Under the pieces are notes generated by a model. That model saw nothing but the letters and a program-made list of their open reading frames with translations, was not told the DNA's origin and searched no databases. Positions 38,613 to 47,420 of a DNA stretch of 64,000 nucleotides are shown piece by piece (position 1 is the stretch's first letter; every line of letters begins with the position of its first letter). The DNA lies in the NCBI GenBank assembly GCA_021803465.1, contig JAJZLL010000049.1:33675-97674 (forward strand), given 5' to 3'. Source of the stretch: a bacterium (lineage in GTDB: Bacteria > Chloroflexota > Dormibacteria > Aeolococcales > Aeolococcaceae). A program made the position numbers and the translations under genes.

Positions 38613-39777
38613 TGGCGGATCCGGATGCGCTTTTTGAGGTGAACGATGTGATGAGATCTGCAATGTTGCTGCTTGCATGTGGCGTTGCCAGTGCACGTAT
38701 CCTCTCAAGCAGAGCCTGACGTTCAGATGGTGGGTACACAAGTACCTCGTTGATGTAGTCGACGACGCGGCGAGGATTTGGGGAATACCTGCTCACCCGG
38801 TGCTGACGGAGCCAGGTGACTGTTCCCCGTTCCTGTCCGGGAAGATACCAGCAGAGAACAAATGGAGTGCCACTGCACAGTGCCTCCATCACTGTTCCAG
38901 GGCCAGCTTTTGTGACGACGACATCCGCAGCACGCAGCCAGTCAACCATGTTCGAGACAAAGCCCTGGATGACAAGACTGCGGTCAGGGGGAGCAGCGAG
39001 CTTGACGAGTTCCTCCCGAAGGTGCTCATTCCTGCCACAAATGACAACAGTGTCAACAGGATCCTGCCTGTTGAGCAGTTCCTCAGTGATGCCCTTGAGC
39101 TTTCCTGCACCGTCAGCTCCGCCACAGATGACAACAAGAGGACGGTTGCTGAGGCAGCCAAGGTCGCTTCTCAGGCGCTTCTTTTCCTTCACATCAGGCA
39201 TGGGGGCTATGAATGAGGGTCCAATGGGAAGTCCGAAGACATGGCACCTGTCCGGACGGATGCCGTGCTGGAGACAGCTCCGCAGAGCCTGGGTGGTGGG
39301 GAGCACGATGGCATCCGCTTCAGGGGAAAACCAGAACGGATGGAGGTTGATGAAATCGGTGACGACGGTGAGGAAGGGAGGACGCTCCTCTGCTGGGAGG
39401 GCATGGAGGATGCGGCCAGTCACATGGTTGAGAAGGGGATGGAACGAAACGACTGCTGCAGGCGAGAGATCGTGAATGAGGGAACGGATGCCAGGAGCGA
39501 GCAGCGTGAGGATTGAACGTGAGACCCCTTCCACTGCGAGGGAGGAATTTGTCGCGTAGTAAATTCCTCCCCACAGCCATCGCACATGGCGCGCAATGGG
39601 CGCATAGAGGCCCGTTGTCGCTCCAGCGAAGGCTGGTGCTGCCTCGACGAATGGATCAATGATGGAGATGTCGTACTGGTCAGGATGGCTGGCATTGAGT
39701 GCGGCGGCAACCGCATTTGCAGAGGCCCGATGGCCTCCGCCTGTATCCGCTATGAGAAAGAGCAGTCGCTGCGTCAT
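38602..39777 (-). CDS. GT28/MGDG-synthase-like glycosyltransferase (diacylglycerol glycosyltransferase family)
   Basis: N-terminal LFLIADTGGGHRASANAV motif and GT-B fold C-terminal half. Overlaps the recF start by 11 nt (operon). Confidence 0.75.
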   Translation of the reverse strand: MTQRLLFLIADTGGGHRASANAVAAALNASHPDQYDISIIDPFVEAAPAFAGATTGLYAPIARHVRWLWGGIYYATNSSLAVEGVSRSILTLLAPGIRSLIHDLSPAAVVSFHPLLNHVTGRILHALPAEERPPFLTVVTDFINLHPFWFSPEADAIVLPTTQALRSCLQHGIRPDRCHVFGLPIGPSFIAPMPDVKEKKRLRSDLGCLSNRPLVVICGGADGAGKLKGITEELLNRQDPVDTVVICGRNEHLREELVKLAAPPDRSLVIQGFVSNMVDWLRAADVVVTKAGPGTVMEALCSGTPFVLCWYLPGQERGTVTWLRQHRVSRYSPNPRRVVDYINEVLVYPPSERQALLERIRALATPHASSNIADLITSFTSKSASGSANAP

Positions 39778-39826
39778 ATGTTGTTACGGTACACGGAACA
39801 GTGAATTGGCGTCATGTCCTTTTCGA

Positions 39827-41623
39827 TCATGACGGTATGGTCAGTCCCTGAAATGCCATCCTCCATGCGCCACTGAAGGGAGGTTTCGTTGCAAGAATGG
39901 AACTTGCGGAGATGGAGGTTGGCTGCACGGAAAGCACAGGATGGGCCGCACTCCCAGCAAGATATGCCACAAGCTGTCCATTTGCAGACACGGCAATGGG
40001 CGTATTGGGAACTGCAGCAGAGGAAAGAGCAGCGAAATCACCACTGGAGAGACTGAGAAAGCCAAGCTCACCAGGATGAGCAACAGGGGACGCAACAACG
40101 GAGGAACTGTTGGTCACGCCGAAAAGGGCATAGCCTGCAGCAAGCGAGGTTGCAGTGGAGGGTGTCACGGTGAGGGATGACCACCAGACGGACGTTGGAT
40201 CCGTGGGAACTGCCCGGCCAAGATACACAAGGAGGCTGTGGTCTGGAGAGGTGAGGGGGGTGTAGGCGAAGAGGGGGAGATTGGGAATGGGTGCGTATGC
40301 ATCAAGTGACGGGGAGAAGCTCACTATGGAAGGAGGTGAGGACGCCTGCCCCTGAAACGAGAGATAGAGGAGACTTCCTGCACCATTCCACTGGGGAGGA
40401 GAGAGAAGGGGCGATGGCATGGGGAAGGATGCAGTGGTGCCAGAGATGGTGTTGTAGATGTTGAGCTGTGAAGTGCCGGACATGTATGCAAGAAGGTGTC
40501 CATTCGGGGACCAGGAGAGCTTGCGTGCATCGGAGCCAATGATTCGGTCCTTGCCACTGACAACGCTGATGACGTGGAGCTGTGAAATTCCCGTTGAGGA
40601 TTGCACCACTGTGAGTGCGAGGTAGTCCGTGCCAAGAGAGAGCGCTGCAGTGCCAACGGTGGTGGATGGGGCTCCAGAGAAAAGGTGGATGTAGGGTACG
40701 GGAGCATGGATGTCCGTAGAACTTGGTACAGGCAGCAGGTCCACTGTGTTCTGAGAAGCGAGGAGCAGATGGGGAAGCACGCTGAGCGTTGAGCCAGTGG
40801 TGAAGTGGATGACCGTGCTTCGTGAAAGCTTCGCGTATGTGATGTCCCGAACATGTGTCGAAACAGTGAGCGTGTACGCATGGTCAGGAAGGAGGAGATG
40901 GCCGGGAAGGATGTCAAACTGGGCTGGAGAGGAGACGTCCTGGACAATGGTGGTGCCTGGAACTGCGGGAGAAAGGGAGATTCCAGAGCTGCTCCCTGGG
41001 AGCATTGCCCTGGAGAAGGATACCGTGAGGATGCTGTCGACAGGTATGTTCTTTGCTTGCTGAGATGGATATGAGCCCTGGAATCTGGGTGCGACATCCG
41101 TCGTGATGTTCCAGGTGTGGCTGAAGACATTCACGGAGCCATCGACGGCATGGAGCCCGGAAGTGAGCGAAAAGGTGTACTTCGTGTTCGACGCAAAGGG
41201 TGTGGTTGGATGGAAGAGGGTAAACCCAGGTTCAGACGTGAGCCATGTGATCCAGCACGCATGCTGCTTCAGGCCCTCTGCCGCCTGCGCAAGGTTGCAG
41301 CCTGGCAGTCCGGGAGACATGAGAAAATGCGCAGCGATGGAAGAGTGGACAACAGGCTTGTCGAACACGACGCTCACTGGCGCGTTTGCCTCGACTCCTG
41401 TTGCGCCGTGATTTGGCGTGAGGGAAAGAATCTGGGGTGGCGAACTCGCGCAGCCAGCCAGAAGTCCGGACAGCACAAGTCCGCTGCACAGCCCGGCAGC
41501 TATACGCCTCAGGCGGAATGGGAACGCGGACAGGAAGGGTCCCGCCTGTCTAGAAGCCCATGATCGCCTTGATGTCGAGAGGAGATACCGAGCCACTGCT
41601 CGTGCGAACTTCGATGCGTGCAT
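39827..41623 (-). CDS. Secreted lipoprotein with Ig-like (SbsA-type) domain(s) and C-terminal TolB-like beta-propeller
   Basis: Lipobox LLAGCASS, Ig-like PNHGATGVEANAPVSVVFDKPV, PD40-like KLSWSPNGHLLAY repeats. N-terminal start uncertain. Confidence 0.6.
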   Translation of the reverse strand: MHASKFARAVARYLLSTSRRSWASRQAGPFLSAFPFRLRRIAAGLCSGLVLSGLLAGCASSPPQILSLTPNHGATGVEANAPVSVVFDKPVVHSSIAAHFLMSPGLPGCNLAQAAEGLKQHACWITWLTSEPGFTLFHPTTPFASNTKYTFSLTSGLHAVDGSVNVFSHTWNITTDVAPRFQGSYPSQQAKNIPVDSILTVSFSRAMLPGSSSGISLSPAVPGTTIVQDVSSPAQFDILPGHLLLPDHAYTLTVSTHVRDITYAKLSRSTVIHFTTGSTLSVLPHLLLASQNTVDLLPVPSSTDIHAPVPYIHLFSGAPSTTVGTAALSLGTDYLALTVVQSSTGISQLHVISVVSGKDRIIGSDARKLSWSPNGHLLAYMSGTSQLNIYNTISGTTASFPMPSPLLSPPQWNGAGSLLYLSFQGQASSPPSIVSFSPSLDAYAPIPNLPLFAYTPLTSPDHSLLVYLGRAVPTDPTSVWWSSLTVTPSTATSLAAGYALFGVTNSSSVVASPVAHPGELGFLSLSSGDFAALSSAAVPNTPIAVSANGQLVAYLAGSAAHPVLSVQPTSISASSILATKPPFSGAWRMAFQGLTIPS

Positions 41624-42803
41624 TTTGCTCTTTTGTGAGTGCAGTGACACGGGACGCATCAGTTGTGGGGGAACGGTCATTCTCCGTATATGATCCCAGC
41701 ACCTGTCCCTCATGCAGCAGGATGAGTCCTATCTCCGTTCCACCAGTCACAAGCACATGTCCAGTCGTTTTCTGCTCCTGCAGATAGCTGAGGAGGGCAC
41801 CGAAGTCGATGAAGCGGCCCATGAGCTGTGTGTAGAGATATTGTCCTGTATAGAACTGCGAGAGCGCTGTCACTACCTTGTCCTCGATCTCCACCACATC
41901 AAGAAGTCCCACCTCGGCATCCATCTGCTTGCGAAACTCCACGAAGGCGTCCTCGCCATGGACAACGCCCTCCAGCGTGGAGAGACCCTCAACGAGATCC
42001 CCATTGAGGAAGAGAAGACAGCATTCCTTCTCGCTGTCCTTGGGAAGATACAGCTTGATGTAGCCAGTGTGGGAGTCGTTCTTGAGTGTGCGGAGGAGCC
42101 TGGAAAAGTCAATGAAAGAGCTTTTGAGATGCTCGTACAGCACGCTCCCGGCAGGGAGGGGATATGCGAGAAGAGTGACTTCCGAAGAGAACACCTCCGT
42201 TGCAGCGCCACCAGCTGCGCTCTGGGGAGCGGCAGTCACTGGAGCTGCCTCTGGCACTGGAGCTGGCTCCTCAGGTTCACCCTGAGGGGCTTCTGCCTCT
42301 TGTGTCGAATAGGTCAGGCCTCCGCCAGACGTCTGGGCAACATGGTAGACGCCATCGTCCTCTTCCTGGGGCTGTTCAGCGACACTCTCAGGAGCAGCAG
42401 GCTGTGCCCAGTCAGGCTCAGGTGCTGGTTCCCATGATCCTCCCTCATTGGAAACCACCGACTGTTCGGCCATGTTTCCTCCTTCATATTCGGATGCTGT
42501 GGCAACGCGGAGCTGGGCTTGCGCAATGAGCTCGGAAGCAGAGGCGGTAATGGTCTCCTCAGGGGGAAGCTTGGCACGGGGATCGAAGGTGAACGCTCCA
42601 TCCTTCCAGCCAAGCGACTCCAGGACAACTTCTTCTCCTTTGCCAGACGATCCTTCCGCGTGGAAAAGGTGTCCAAACAGGAAGTACAGGGAGCTTGTGG
42701 AGCTTCCCTGCTCGAGATAGAGTGTCCCAGTAGCCCGCTCAGCCTGCATTGACTGCAGCAGGGAACCGAGATCCGTGTCTTGGAGAGATCCTTGGCTTTG
42801 CAC
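41550..42803 (-). CDS. DUF4388 (PATAN-like) domain protein with P/A/E-rich linker and additional C-terminal domains
   Basis: N-terminal LGSLLQSMQAERATGTLYLEQG...GEEVVLESLGWKDGAFTFD matches the DUF4388 pattern. A second DUF4388-like segment (HTGYIKLYLPKD...GEDAFVEF) follows. Confidence 0.6.
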   Translation of the reverse strand: MQSQGSLQDTDLGSLLQSMQAERATGTLYLEQGSSTSSLYFLFGHLFHAEGSSGKGEEVVLESLGWKDGAFTFDPRAKLPPEETITASASELIAQAQLRVATASEYEGGNMAEQSVVSNEGGSWEPAPEPDWAQPAAPESVAEQPQEEDDGVYHVAQTSGGGLTYSTQEAEAPQGEPEEPAPVPEAAPVTAAPQSAAGGAATEVFSSEVTLLAYPLPAGSVLYEHLKSSFIDFSRLLRTLKNDSHTGYIKLYLPKDSEKECCLLFLNGDLVEGLSTLEGVVHGEDAFVEFRKQMDAEVGLLDVVEIEDKVVTALSQFYTGQYLYTQLMGRFIDFGALLSYLQEQKTTGHVLVTGGTEIGLILLHEGQVLGSYTENDRSPTTDASRVTALTKEQNARIEVRTSSGSVSPLDIKAIMGF

Positions 42804-43024
42804 GTGGGGACTCCTTCGATTATTGTGTCTTGTGGGCTTGGCTGAATGTCTGGGGAGCTGGTGAGATCATATCAGGCACCGTATGCGATGCACCCTACCG
42901 ATCTGCCATTTACTTATACCATGTAACTTTACAACTGACATGTGTTCTGCGAGAAGGATGGTTTACGATCATGCGACGCTTCTGTCACATGACATGCCAC
43001 TCTTTTCACCATACAACGAAGCAC

Positions 43025-43465
43025 CTATGCTTCCCTGGCACGCATCGACTTCCTGAGCTGCGCACGGGCATAGAGCTCATCTATTGTGGCCCGAACAGTT
43101 TCCTCAGCGGGAACGATGTGCTCTTCAGTGAAGGCGTAGGATCCGGAGTTCCAGGTGAGCACATCGACCACGAGACTTTCCCCCACAGCGCTGTTGTCAG
43201 CAGTGTGCGCGTGAAACAGTGTGCCGATGAGAAGCAGAAGGGTTGCAGTCTCTCCGTCGCGAGTGCACTCGAGCGTGCCGGAAGCGCGTGAGGTGTGGAG
43301 TTCCTGGAGGATGCGGATGAGTCCCGTGTCGTCTATCGTGCCTGAGTGTTCCATTCGTTCTCCTTCAGCGGCGGGGAGCGGATATGCTGCAGTGTCCACA
43401 TGAATACTGCCCGGCTGAGGTACGTGGACAGTGCCCTTGCTGCAGGGATTCATGTGCATTGGCAT
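43025..43465 (-). CDS. Stand-alone DUF4388 (PATAN-like) domain protein
   Basis: IRILQELHTSRASGTLECTRDGETATLLLLIGTLFHAHTADNSAVGESLVVDVLTWNSGSYAFTEE. Confidence 0.6.
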   Translation of the reverse strand: MPMHMNPCSKGTVHVPQPGSIHVDTAAYPLPAAEGERMEHSGTIDDTGLIRILQELHTSRASGTLECTRDGETATLLLLIGTLFHAHTADNSAVGESLVVDVLTWNSGSYAFTEEHIVPAEETVRATIDELYARAQLRKSMRAREA

Positions 43466-43807
43466 ACTACACTACGGATCTGCGCTACAGCCAGCTGTTG
43501 CACAACTGCGATATCCCCAAGCTACCCGGATCCGTGCACTTCTGCAGTTGCCTCTGGCGAAACGGCTTGGCCATAGGCTATAGTAGCGATAGAAATCCCA
43601 TCGCGATTAAGAAGTACCGGCTTGCCGTGGAACCTTCGCAGGGGACACTGTCCAGCAAGGACAGTGCACGTATTAGGGACAAGGGGTCATATTTGGGTGC
43701 GCAATGCGCGTTGTCCACGATAGTGTGAGGTAGTACCACTGGTTACTCCAGATCTTTCTCTCGACACTCTGCATTTTCTCGTACCTGAGCAGAGTGATGC
43801 TCTCGTA

Positions 43808-46411
43808 GTGCTCACTGCGCTTGCTGGCGAGCAGTCCGATGATCCGCGGCGTATGTTTCAGGCGCATCTTGAGGCTGCGGAACATTTTTCCGTCTCCTTT
43901 GCCAGTGACAGCGGAGAACGGATCATGGTGTTCCTGCCGGATCTCGCCATGCAGTGTACGCCGCAGCCAGCGGATGACGGGAACGACCAGCATCTCGCTC
44001 TCCGCATTGATGCGATACGTCCCCAGTCCGGACATCCCTCAGACACGCATCTGCTCACTGTCACTGCGAAATCCATGCAGGTGAGTGCCACCAACGGCAC
44101 ATCGAGCGATACCCACCGTCTCCTCGACTGGCAGCGGTCGAGTGCAGCAGCAGCATCGTCCCCCATTCTGTTTGGAACACTCAAGCTTATTGACAGGCTG
44201 GAGGGGGAGGACCGTGCACGTGCGCAGCAGCACCGTGTGCATTATGTCGATACGAAGGAGTACTGGAGATGCCGTGCCTGCCGGGGATTCTGGCAGCCTG
44301 GACAGCACCAGCAGTGTCCATCCTGCGGAAGACCCTTTACCGAGCAGGACCGGAGACAGCCTGAAGTGGGCAAGATAGAGTTCAGTGTCCCCCGTGATGA
44401 GAAGATCACTCTCCAGCAGGACATGGCAGTTCTTGTGGAACCTGAAGATGGCCCGAGCATTGTTGCCCGGGTGAACAAGGTCGACAACAGGCGTCACCGG
44501 ATCGAGGTCACCTGCAGGTCCTTCGAACATCCGGGGCCGGAAGGAGCCATATCACCTTCATACAACAGGTCTCACTACCTGGCAAAGCGGAGTGTGCTTG
44601 CTTCCCTCGCCTCACGGGATTTCGGTGTGGGACTCCTAGCCCAGCTCCTTGTGGAACCACAGAAGGTGTGCGCTCCAGCCTACAGGCCTGGAGAAGGTGG
44701 TGACTGGCTCACTGGAGGCATGATTGCGAATCCACCTCAGGACAGGGCCGTATCCCTCCTCTCAACAATGAAGGCCGGGGAGGCGCTTCTCATCCAGGGA
44801 CCTCCTGGAACCGGGAAAACCACAGTCATAGTCGAAGCGATCAAGCGGAGGCTCACTGCCAATCCGGATGAGCGCATCCTTGTCACCTCGCACAGCAATC
44901 TCGCCGTTGACAACGCACTTGAGCGCCTTGCGGGAACTCCAGGAATGCGTGCTGTACGCGTTGCAAGGGCAGAGAGGGTGCATCCAGCTGTCGACCAGTA
45001 CCGCTGCGATGATGAGGATGATCCGCGGCTCCTTGAGGCGAACTGCTATTTCGCTACCTGCGCGACAGCCTCCACCTCAGCGATCACTGACATGAATTTC
45101 GACCTCGTCATCCTTGATGAGGCGAACAAGGCCCGTGTGGACGAGGCCCTGCCTGCGCTCAGGCTCGGTTCAGCAATCGCCATGGTGGGAGACCACAAGC
45201 AGCTGCCACCGGTTGAGGACGACTCGCTGTACAGCATTGTCGAGACAGATCCAGAACTTGAGGATCTTGTGAACATGAGTTTCTTTGAGCAGTGCTGGGA
45301 GGGAGGTGTGCCCGAGGAGGCGAAGTGCCTTCTCACAGTGCAGCACCGCATGCATCCCCAGATTGCAGGCTACATTTCAACCATGTCGTATGAGGGCCAG
45401 CTGCTCAATGCCCCTGAAGTAACTGCGTATGACTTTGTCACGCGGCAGCCATTTCCGGTGGCGCTTCATTTTGTCGATACGGTGAATACCCAGGGTGGGG
45501 AAAAACGGGGTCCAGGCGGTGCGCTGCGAAACGAACTCGAAGTGCGTGTCGCAGCCCATGTGGTGCGGCTCCTCGATGAACGCTGTCCACGGAACCTTTC
45601 CATGGCCATTATTGCCATGTATGCGGAGCAGGTAGAACGTCTGAGGCAGGCGCTGGGAAGAAGAAACTTCAAGCGTCCTGTGAAGATCGATACGGTCGAT
45701 TCCTTCGAGGGGCGGGAAGAGGACATTGTTGTCATCTCGCTAGTGAGAAGCAATGAGCGGGGACGCATAGGTTTCCTGAGGGTTCCCAACCGTCTCAATG
45801 TGGCCATATCACGGGCCAAGAGGCTCGTGGCGTGCATTGGCGACAGTGCAACGCTCCGGGCAGGCGAGGAATCCATGTATGGCGTCCTGGTCGACCAGGC
45901 GCGGGAATGTGGAGGCTGGATTGATGCCAAGGAACTTCTGCCACCTTCACACAAGTCTCGGCGCAACCGGAAGAAGAAGAGGCCCACAGCCGCCACTGGC
46001 GATGAAGCCCAGGTGCAGGATACTCCGCCTGGAGAAGGGCAGCAGGCCGAGGGGGCTGGTTCAGCAGCAACGAGGAGGCGTCGCAGACGTCGTCGTCGCA
46101 GAAAGGGAGGCAGCACTGCGCCAGGAGGAACACCTCCCCAGGGTGAGGGCGGTATGCCCAGCAGCGCAGGAGGTCCACAGCAGGGAACACTGCCGTTCAC
46201 GGATTCCAGCCGCGAGGCTGCTCCATCCTCATCTGAGGGAAGTGCGCCAGAGGATGGCCATGAATGGCATTTCGAGCCTGGCAAGAGGACACGGTCATTC
46301 CGTCCACAGCGGTCACGGGCGAACAATCACAAGACGACTCCTGTGGATGGTGAAGTCCCGTCTCTGACTGCTCCATCAGCAGTGCGCGAGGGATCAGGAG
46401 AGGAGGTTTGA
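43808..46411 (+). CDS. Superfamily-1 helicase of the Upf1/DNA2/NAM7 type with N-terminal CxxC...CxxC zinc ribbon and C-terminal poly-Arg/Lys low-complexity tail
   Basis: Walker A LIQGPPGTGKTT, Walker B LVILDEANKA, GDHKQLPP, VQHRMHPQI, VDSFEGREEDIVVISLV and RLNVAISRAKRL helicase motifs. Zinc ribbon CRACRGFW...CPSCGRPF. Tail RRRRRRRRRRRK. True start uncertain (overlaps minus ORF 43673..44035). Confidence 0.8.
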   Translation: MLTALAGEQSDDPRRMFQAHLEAAEHFSVSFASDSGERIMVFLPDLAMQCTPQPADDGNDQHLALRIDAIRPQSGHPSDTHLLTVTAKSMQVSATNGTSSDTHRLLDWQRSSAAAASSPILFGTLKLIDRLEGEDRARAQQHRVHYVDTKEYWRCRACRGFWQPGQHQQCPSCGRPFTEQDRRQPEVGKIEFSVPRDEKITLQQDMAVLVEPEDGPSIVARVNKVDNRRHRIEVTCRSFEHPGPEGAISPSYNRSHYLAKRSVLASLASRDFGVGLLAQLLVEPQKVCAPAYRPGEGGDWLTGGMIANPPQDRAVSLLSTMKAGEALLIQGPPGTGKTTVIVEAIKRRLTANPDERILVTSHSNLAVDNALERLAGTPGMRAVRVARAERVHPAVDQYRCDDEDDPRLLEANCYFATCATASTSAITDMNFDLVILDEANKARVDEALPALRLGSAIAMVGDHKQLPPVEDDSLYSIVETDPELEDLVNMSFFEQCWEGGVPEEAKCLLTVQHRMHPQIAGYISTMSYEGQLLNAPEVTAYDFVTRQPFPVALHFVDTVNTQGGEKRGPGGALRNELEVRVAAHVVRLLDERCPRNLSMAIIAMYAEQVERLRQALGRRNFKRPVKIDTVDSFEGREEDIVVISLVRSNERGRIGFLRVPNRLNVAISRAKRLVACIGDSATLRAGEESMYGVLVDQARECGGWIDAKELLPPSHKSRRNRKKKRPTAATGDEAQVQDTPPGEGQQAEGAGSAATRRRRRRRRRRKGGSTAPGGTPPQGEGGMPSSAGGPQQGTLPFTDSSREAAPSSSEGSAPEDGHEWHFEPGKRTRSFRPQRSRANNHKTTPVDGEVPSLTAPSAVREGSGEEV

Positions 46412-46415
46412 CGAC

Positions 46416-46994
46416 ATGGCGGATGCTGTCACTGTGTACGTCCGGCCACATGATGCTCAGTGTGACAGGGTGCGTTCGTATCTTGATGAGAAAGGCATTG
46501 CGTACACACTCCGTGATGTGACGCAGGATCCTGGCGCAAGCGCTGTCCTGTTTGGCTACTACGGCAAGGTGGTCACCCCTGTGGTGAGGAAGAACGACAC
46601 CATGGTTGCAGGCTACGATCCGATCCAGCTCGCGAAGCTCTTTCCATCCACTGGACCTGAAGAAGAGCATGTGCGTCTTGGCGCAGCAGTCAGGACTGTG
46701 ACTGCAGAGCGTGCAGCGGAACTGGGCCTGCCATTTCCTTTTGGAGTGGAGGTTGGGCCAGTTGGCGCGGATTCTCCAGCCTCAGAGGCTGGCATACATG
46801 AAGGCGATGTGATACTCACCATCGGTTCGTACACCCTTGACAGGGGGCTGCAGCAGTTTCAGCAGGCAATCAGCTCGCGTCAGCCAGGAACTTCCATGGA
46901 TGTGGAGATCTGGAGACAGGGATCGCGGCTGCCAGCGTCAATCCATTTTCCTGCAACGCAGGTCACTTCCCCTGAGGGCACACAGGAAGAGTAG
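46416..46994 (+). CDS. Glutaredoxin/NrdH-like thioredoxin-fold domain (single Cys, DAQC) fused to a PDZ domain
   Basis: VTVYVRPHDAQCDRVRSYLDEKGIAYTLRDV plus PDZ-like GVEVGPVGADSPASEAGIHEGDVILTIG. Starts 4 nt after the helicase stop. Confidence 0.65.
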   Translation: MADAVTVYVRPHDAQCDRVRSYLDEKGIAYTLRDVTQDPGASAVLFGYYGKVVTPVVRKNDTMVAGYDPIQLAKLFPSTGPEEEHVRLGAAVRTVTAERAAELGLPFPFGVEVGPVGADSPASEAGIHEGDVILTIGSYTLDRGLQQFQQAISSRQPGTSMDVEIWRQGSRLPASIHFPATQVTSPEGTQEE

Positions 46995-47003
46995 GACGTG
47001 AAC

Positions 47004-47261
47004 TCACCAGCCTGGCGGTGGCTCCTTGCGGTTGAGCAGCTTGAGGAAATCCTCGGCACGGGCAACAGCTTCCCATCGACGGGAGAAGAAATCCTGGCAA
47101 ATGAGCTTCTGGTCGTCGAGCCGAGTAACGGATACAGCCCACTGGTTGAGCGCTTTTGTTACCTCAACTTCGTATGTCTCCGCCTCATTGCGGTACGACA
47201 TTGTCTGGTTGGCAGGGCTCTGACGTGTCCGGTCATTGCGTCGGGGAGAGGCCATGGGCAT
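47004..47261 (-). CDS. Small hypothetical protein (~85 aa)
   Basis: AAAGGAGGG RBS 6 nt before ATG (MPMASPRR...). C-terminal part TYEVEVTKALNQWAVSVTRLDD... has a HicB/UPF0150-like flavour (speculative). Confidence 0.45.
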   Translation of the reverse strand: MPMASPRRNDRTRQSPANQTMSYRNEAETYEVEVTKALNQWAVSVTRLDDQKLICQDFFSRRWEAVARAEDFLKLLNRKEPPPGW

Positions 47262-47420
47262 TCCTACCCTCCTTTTGGTGAAGCTGCTCAAACGTGTATC
47301 GCTGGATATCCATGCGCATGCCAAGTCGTTCGGCACGCACAGCAACGCACGTTGTGCGTCACAACTAGTGTACCCCGTTTCCGGAATTCTCGTCAGTGAA
47401 CGCAGGTGTGAAAGCTTCCC

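Noticed and set aside
43641-43670. cactgtcc/ggacagtg 8-bp inverted repeat in the DUF4388-helicase intergenic region
   Set aside because: Short. Could be an operator but is indistinguishable from chance without comparative data.
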